A DNA stretch of 64,000 nt from Spirochaetia bacterium (lineage in GTDB: Bacteria; Spirochaetota; Spirochaetia; UBA9216), in assembly GCA_963677925.2 (NCBI GenBank), contig CAXXYH010000001.1, forward strand, positions 64,001-128,000. The letters run 5' to 3'. The translations under genes were made by a program, and so were the position numbers. Positions 60,301 through 64,000 of the stretch are shown in pieces. Within the stretch, counting starts at the first letter, position 1. Every line of letters starts with the position of its first letter. The notes beneath the pieces are model-generated. The model did not search any database and was not told the DNA's origin. It worked only from the letters and a program-made list of their open reading frames with translations.

Positions 60301-63300
60301 AGGTGCTTATCCAGCTTTGTTCACTAGAGCCTCCTGCTCCAATAAAATATACCTCTTTGTCATTTTCCGTCTGTGTGACTAATAATGAGAAATGTTCACC
60401 GCTATGTGATTCAAGTATAAGGCTTCGCGTATCTGATTTAGCGGGAGTATTCGTTAATTGAAGCGAATTAAAACCAAACATACTTCCATCAGGCATAACA
60501 AGATATTGCTGAGCTGATGCATTCTTTATATAAGGAAGATTTAATCGCCACCCATTCCCCATTGAATAAGCATAGTCTCCCTGGTTTTCAAGATATTTCA
60601 CTACATCTACAGGGACGTCCGCATGGGTATCACTTTTTGCAACCGAAAGATCATAGTAACGTTTAAGTTCAAAATCAAACCCATTGGGTCCACTTAAAAC
60701 AAGTTCATTAACGCTCGTATGTGCATTCCCTCCCTGCGGACTGACGGTAAAACCTTCGTGATTTACATATGTTCCAAATGGAGAATATCCTGAATCAGCG
60801 ATTTCCTCAGGTGAAATATCTTCCACGGAATCTGCGACTGGAGTATAGAGCGAAAAGTGATTTGAACTGAATACAACCTTATTGTTATCCGGATCTACAG
60901 CACAGTTTTTCAGTTTGCTCCATCTACCCCATCTTTTATCAAAGCTGTAAACACTGATGTTTTCTTCAGAGTAACCGGAAGGCAGTAATGAAGGATCATA
61001 ATCGAGTACACCTATATAGGGTTCTGAAAAAAGTCTTCCCGGCGAGGTTTCTTCATCATTACTGTCGAGCAGAGTGAAATCGTATACCGAACCAACAAAA
61101 GTATGTTCAAAATTCAAGGCTTCAGCTTCTATCCAACCCGGTGCAAGTTCAGCAATTCGTATACTTTGAGCATCCGGAGGCAGGCTTTCTGTATTTATAA
61201 ACAGCAAAGATGTTTCATACTCGGCCTTTACATTTCCACTGTCAGGAATAACCTGTGTTTCAATACCCGGTACAGCATTTATCGTATCGGTAAAACCGCT
61301 CTTATTCTCTGCACGATCAACAGCACGTACTTTGTAGGAATATTCAAAGCCGTTTAATACTTCGGTATCGGTAAATACCTGATTATCTTCTCTTCTTGAT
61401 ATGCAGAGCTGTTCTCCATCATCCCATTGAGGACTTCTAATAATTTCATATGAAATTACATCGGATTCACCGGCAGACCAATATAGATTAAGCTCAGCAT
61501 TTCCAGGAATTATATCGAAAGTTGTAAGAGCTTCGGGTGGAATTGTATCGGTTTTTGTTTCGGCATATGAATATGTCATATGTCCTGCTTTATCTACAGC
61601 TCTAACAGCAATTTTGTGTTCACCTTCATCCTGAACAGGCAGCTGGTACGGGCTTTCAATTACATAGTAGCTGCCTTCATCAATTGATATCTCGTAATAA
61701 TCAATACCGGATGTGGCATCCGTCGTTTTAAAACTGATTACAGGATGATTATCAGAAGTCCAACCGGCAGGAGTTACATCAACTGTAAAATCAACCGGTT
61801 GTACAGTATCCACTGTATAATCAAGATAATCCTGCCTAGTATTTCCAGCCTGATCTTTTAAAACCAGGGGAAGTGAATAAAACCCGTCTGAAAGAGAGAT
61901 TGTTTTTTCAAATATTCCGCCTCCTCCGGGTACTACCAAACCATTCATAAAAACTGAAAGCTCACTTTCATCTGATACTGTGATTACAAAAGTATTTACA
62001 CTTTCAGATAGTATTGAACCTCTTTCCGGTGATAAACCTGTTAACACCGGAGCATTTACATCACAGAAAACAGATATGCTGTCGCTTGAAGTTCTCCCGA
62101 ATTGATCCGTCAAAGTTACTGTAATATTATTATTGACTCCACTTACAAGACTTACTGAAGCAACAGTAAACAAAGTTCCATCATCTTGCACTTCATAACC
62201 TTCGCATTCAATTTCGTATGTTCCGGCAACTGATAAAATACCTGTCACGTCAATCTGCTGTGCTGATGTATAATCAATATCGTCAGGCTTGCTGATTTCA
62301 AGAACAGGTTCTGTTGTGACAAGGAAGACACGTCTTTGAAGCAGAGCAAATACGCCCTGTGTCCGATGAACGAATTTAATCGTAATAATATTAAGTCCCG
62401 GAACAAGTTCTACATCTTTGGAATAGCGCCGGCTGCTGCCGTCAACTATTTCATCATTGATATATACAGAAGCTGAGGGATTAGTCCTTCCTGCTACTTT
62501 GATTGTATCATCAAGAGTATAAATAATTTCTTCACTCAGATCACAATTATAGACATTGCTGTCAATATTTGACCAATATATAGTTTTCTCAGTGGTCCTT
62601 CCTTCTAACTCCGTTGCAGATATATGAAGTGCATATTCACCGTCTGTGATAATATCACCCGGCATGTTTGCAATCCAGAAAAGGTTACCGATATTCTGTG
62701 CCTCTTCATCATTAAGACTGATAACAGCATTCTCATCATCGACATAACCTACCGCGAACATTGTACCGAGTTTGCTTTGTTCAATAACTTCGCCGTTTTT
62801 TGGCCAGTACATTTGAATCTGCGGAGCACTATCGGTTATTCTACTGCCTTTAACTGTAACACCGTATTGCGTTCCCGATGTCAATCCTTCAATTCGTATG
62901 CAATCAGCTGACAGGTTAACATTATTTCCTGATTCTGAAAGATAAACCGAATATTTTAATGTATGAGCAGTTAACGCGCTCCAGGATAATTCAAACCATT
63001 GATTTTCTGATCTGTAAAAAATCCTCTCATTGAAAATATTATTAGTTGTAAATAGAACTTCTTCAAGTGAAATATCCGAATTAAGATCGATCTCATAATA
63101 ACCGGTTGAATCTGCTGTAAAATAATCCGGTACTCCAGTATTGTTGAGAATGCCCGTTCTTGAAATACCGGAAATTGAACCGCGGATAAGATGATTGTCA
63201 AGGGACTCAAGTCTCAGGAAGTTATCTCCATTCCAAAGTAAATCGTTATCAATTTTAACCTGATAAAAAAAGGCTTCATCTGTTTCTTTTAATAGAGGAA

Positions 63301-64000
63301 CTTGAATCTGATTCCCGTTTATTTCAGCAATTATACAATTTCCGGCATTAACATTCAGAATAAGTTCAACCTTATAATTATCAGATAAAGACGCATCAAA
63401 AATGCCATTCAACCCTGAGTTTAAATCTGTATCTTCGATGAAAAATGCTAGAGCCTCAGTTACAGGACTATAAGATTTACCCCAGAATTCAATTTCACAA
63501 AGTCCTGAAATTTCTGATGAGTCAGATCCGAAAAGCCATGACCACCAACTGCCTGTGCTCCTGGTTTTATCAGAAATTAATTGAATTGAATCAGCTTCCA
63601 AGCCATACGGTATATCAATAATATGCCAGCCTGGAGTTATATTCTCCTCTTCAATTACTGTAATTTCTGTCCATTCACCATCAGCCAGGTAATTAATTCT
63701 GGCATCTCCGGTATAATCTTCAGAAAGATAGGCTTTAATTCGATATATTTTAGATGAGCTCTGTAAACTGATCACCGCACCATTTTCATTTTTCCACATC
63801 GTATCCTGGTTTCCAAAATTAAAGTTTCCGTTCTCAAAACATTCTGTAATCCAGTTTCGTGCTCCGCGAAGTAAATTTATCACCCAGTTCCCTATACTTT
63901 CTGTTTCCCAAAAAGTTTTTGTGTTCTCATCTGACAGGTTTGATAAGGGGTAGAAGATGTTTTCTTCTCCGCTAATGTTTTTTATATTCAATTTATGATA
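54317..64000 (-). CDS. Giant Rhs/YD-repeat polymorphic toxin (5' truncated by window)
   Basis: Frame is open to the window edge. Discoidin-like, Ig-like and FN3 domains; many YD repeats; core YYYHTDHLGS...FTGKDFD..TGLYYYNARWYDP..GRF..EDP...NPLKFVDPTGL; about 243-aa C-terminal domain. Confidence 0.93.
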   Translation of the reverse strand, partial: YHKLNIKNISGEENIFYPLSNLSDENTKTFWETESIGNWVINLLRGARNWITECFENGNFNFGNQDTMWKNENGAVISLQSSSKIYRIKAYLSEDYTGDARINYLADGEWTEITVIEEENITPGWHIIDIPYGLEADSIQLISDKTRSTGSWWSWLFGSDSSEISGLCEIEFWGKSYSPVTEALAFFIEDTDLNSGLNGIFDASLSDNYKVELILNVNAGNCIIAEINGNQIQVPLLKETDEAFFYQVKIDNDLLWNGDNFLRLESLDNHLIRGSISGISRTGILNNTGVPDYFTADSTGYYEIDLNSDISLEEVLFTTNNIFNERIFYRSENQWFELSWSALTAHTLKYSVYLSESGNNVNLSADCIRIEGLTSGTQYGVTVKGSRITDSAPQIQMYWPKNGEVIEQSKLGTMFAVGYVDDENAVISLNDEEAQNIGNLFWIANMPGDIITDGEYALHISATELEGRTTEKTIYWSNIDSNVYNCDLSEEIIYTLDDTIKVAGRTNPSASVYINDEIVDGSSRRYSKDVELVPGLNIITIKFVHRTQGVFALLQRRVFLVTTEPVLEISKPDDIDYTSAQQIDVTGILSVAGTYEIECEGYEVQDDGTLFTVASVSLVSGVNNNITVTLTDQFGRTSSDSISVFCDVNAPVLTGLSPERGSILSESVNTFVITVSDESELSVFMNGLVVPGGGGIFEKTISLSDGFYSLPLVLKDQAGNTRQDYLDYTVDTVQPVDFTVDVTPAGWTSDNHPVISFKTTDATSGIDYYEISIDEGSYYVIESPYQLPVQDEGEHKIAVRAVDKAGHMTYSYAETKTDTIPPEALTTFDIIPGNAELNLYWSAGESDVISYEIIRSPQWDDGEQLCISRREDNQVFTDTEVLNGFEYSYKVRAVDRAENKSGFTDTINAVPGIETQVIPDSGNVKAEYETSLLFINTESLPPDAQSIRIAELAPGWIEAEALNFEHTFVGSVYDFTLLDSNDEETSPGRLFSEPYIGVLDYDPSLLPSGYSEENISVYSFDKRWGRWSKLKNCAVDPDNNKVVFSSNHFSLYTPVADSVEDISPEEIADSGYSPFGTYVNHEGFTVSPQGGNAHTSVNELVLSGPNGFDFELKRYYDLSVAKSDTHADVPVDVVKYLENQGDYAYSMGNGWRLNLPYIKNASAQQYLVMPDGSMFGFNSLQLTNTPAKSDTRSLILESHSGEHFSLLVTQTENDKEVYFIGAGGSSEQSWISTSYTLTLTDGKQYIFDGKGRTTEIKSSDEEFSISVSYASGSYEIDKITDSVGRNLSFEYAETSDSIDMPYIKKISLDSADPYRRSISYTQENGYLISSIDTGGRNWSYGYGNEYYVGGPKNPVPFSLTEALKEFYDDTDLYDIISNLAEPVSEYTYKPLSTIEGPGMGRIEATYDTVHPSDDENAYCRLLTKQVTVYNDYAAGSEDSVRATMYGYDFTDADSDYGYYISKSIVDELNHNRYIAYNYEFKKLTKTYWSEEDGIITSETIEDDENSGSRLNNEKWYEKINNSSSNLKLLKTKTNSYAEETDVNPSSEKITHGLGNDSITTNYTYDDWGNRTVIEETSVAGSRVRKNITYRDYSSGESASGASYKEYSESGLINENVPARIKNLVIKEQVTNYNPLIDSAGTAGNNAGTAVKAYNYYSYDDKGRLNGKSFWDSSNNVWNKTLYTWNSAGDLSSITDSENHVTSFTYDANHYILTKTEKAVSAADGNPTDIKWRYKYDYSGWLISETDPRQKTITTAFDKLGRVVSKTEPGDAGGSYIINVFYNDIHGQLYSTMTDSLGRKIVREYNDLSQMVKQSSYLDSATASVIELGYDRFGKVTKMINPNAGMTDAGDIHEYVTWYRYNALGRLSEISYPYRTSTGAVSKTMDYNYDTNTLTITDEENNQSTEIYDMRGNVIKKSQIVDDETIITEFWYDGLGNLIAQEGPYPDAVITKKYNSLNQIIKLSMPLNTFYEGGSIDTSIAIRPVTEYFYDSKGNNVKETRMSSEGIRIIKNQYDELGRIIKIKNFLDDEQLNEEFIYYDENGNVTRKIDPNGCETSFTYTPGNNVETETDAEHGVTSYEYYDDGLVKSAVDPRGNSGNYPSLDFKVTYEYDKLKRLCRVELPSKNNGGARTSVYFEYDLRGNLVKQTDVDGLVTEYKYTPRQWVEQKSITGDGKSYITSNEYNRRGELKKITDPRNQITNMDYDELGRLIYSRTSENTINRFDYDEAGNLIEKQWYGRDGINVIQIFQKFEYDPYQRLIKQFAPVKSEETSVIIEKAYGYDRFGNISFETDALGNSIIYSYDSLNRLVREESDAGFLKEFDYDYGGRLIENVDSNGNRSSYLYDDRGLLLSRNITGPNGEKSVTFAYDEAGEVKWSSDDDVFTGYNGAVSTSPESYLPDVFGRIKSVETSMDGKSFSTVYEYNLSDLVTGITSPDGGRVGYNYNLLGELQSVEGYIDSAPVYDAGGLIKSITASNGVCLSLEYDGESRLTSRIFSGQEAEYVKKYSLNYDEAGNISDLIKNDSAFASTYNYDLNNRLLSDYLREDFAINPENTSNQETLYIEADDVNGQNILVETEGTEIFLDYAAGSIGVDLNGNYKVARIELTAKDITRVKAEDLRVFVSDNNTENSYAEQKDFTVNETETGGFEITLKKPVKTRYIKVMTDFNERDIDYNPLRTLSEFKGSPEDILKIYHYVSLINETYSYDNAGNRTSLDVAYTGNSTDFGTISNTYLYYPKTNRLMTDGNYAYQYDANGNMTAKGKTLIVDSMEVSVSAMTNWSSFTDSTSGITFSDSDELCNYSYDVLNRLIQVSKNGTIMASYTYNADGLRVKKEKEERTDYYVFDLNGNVLYEEKYDSTWSKYIYIKTTKFAREDGIVGEAMSKKYYYHTDHLGSTVMITDEEADVIWDGEYTPFGELNDKQNVAEQKTQFTGKDFDPDTGLYYYNARWYDPNLGRFTTEDPIRDGLNWYIYASNNPLKFVDPTGLRTMLGSDDTTGHIDIDRDTGTPIEITEQEAYVKDNFSYMKGYGLHDQEISDYSELADLKNEMAQYEGLGGVDGAIYSELKSQYDSKLLDSLHLQTELSPDGSDACAYRTAQAGIEVGLGSPMPLDMINEATGELSNVSNPASAALLMTFVPGSKPGYEYQVENYLSIMDNALAKLGRSDLISNLGTSNNAEWSFNINKGITANTNMHRNLGNSGNNFVWDPSTGVKNSISENYSPRQFSVVKR

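Noticed and set aside
51900-64000. Genomic island integrated at the tmRNA 3' end
   Set aside because: No integrase and no duplicate of the ssrA 3' end were seen; ssrA is followed by its terminator and ldhA.

Overview
Bacterial chromosomal window, most likely from a free-living spirochaete. This is inferred from the yebC-ruvC-ruvA-ruvB-queA run, tandem lepB genes next to hemW, a PEGA/FGE gene next to smpB, and many lipoproteins. Most of it is housekeeping: lipid enzymes, rbgA, tpx, tag, class II RNR nrdJ with NrdR-like boxes, a YprA/YprB (MrfAB-like) repair pair, nadE, trkAH, ruvCAB, queA, cobB, glyA, smpB, tmRNA and ldhA. Two accessory-looking blocks stand out. The first (18-28 kb) holds a VWA / transglutaminase-like / TPR / membrane-protein run and two lipoproteins flanking a membrane protein with a Cys-rich putative DNA-binding tail and candidate operators. 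The second (53-64 kb) is a >3200-aa Rhs protein, truncated at the window edge, with an HFS autoproteolysis-like motif, a discoidin-like insert, a putative papain-fold C-terminal toxin and a signal-peptide immunity gene. Features missing from the ORF track include a 52-aa double-CPxCG zinc-ribbon gene, a +1 frameshift in a PfkB kinase, a hairpin repeat present twice, and several leaderless-type starts. All calls come from reading motifs by eye; no database searches were run.
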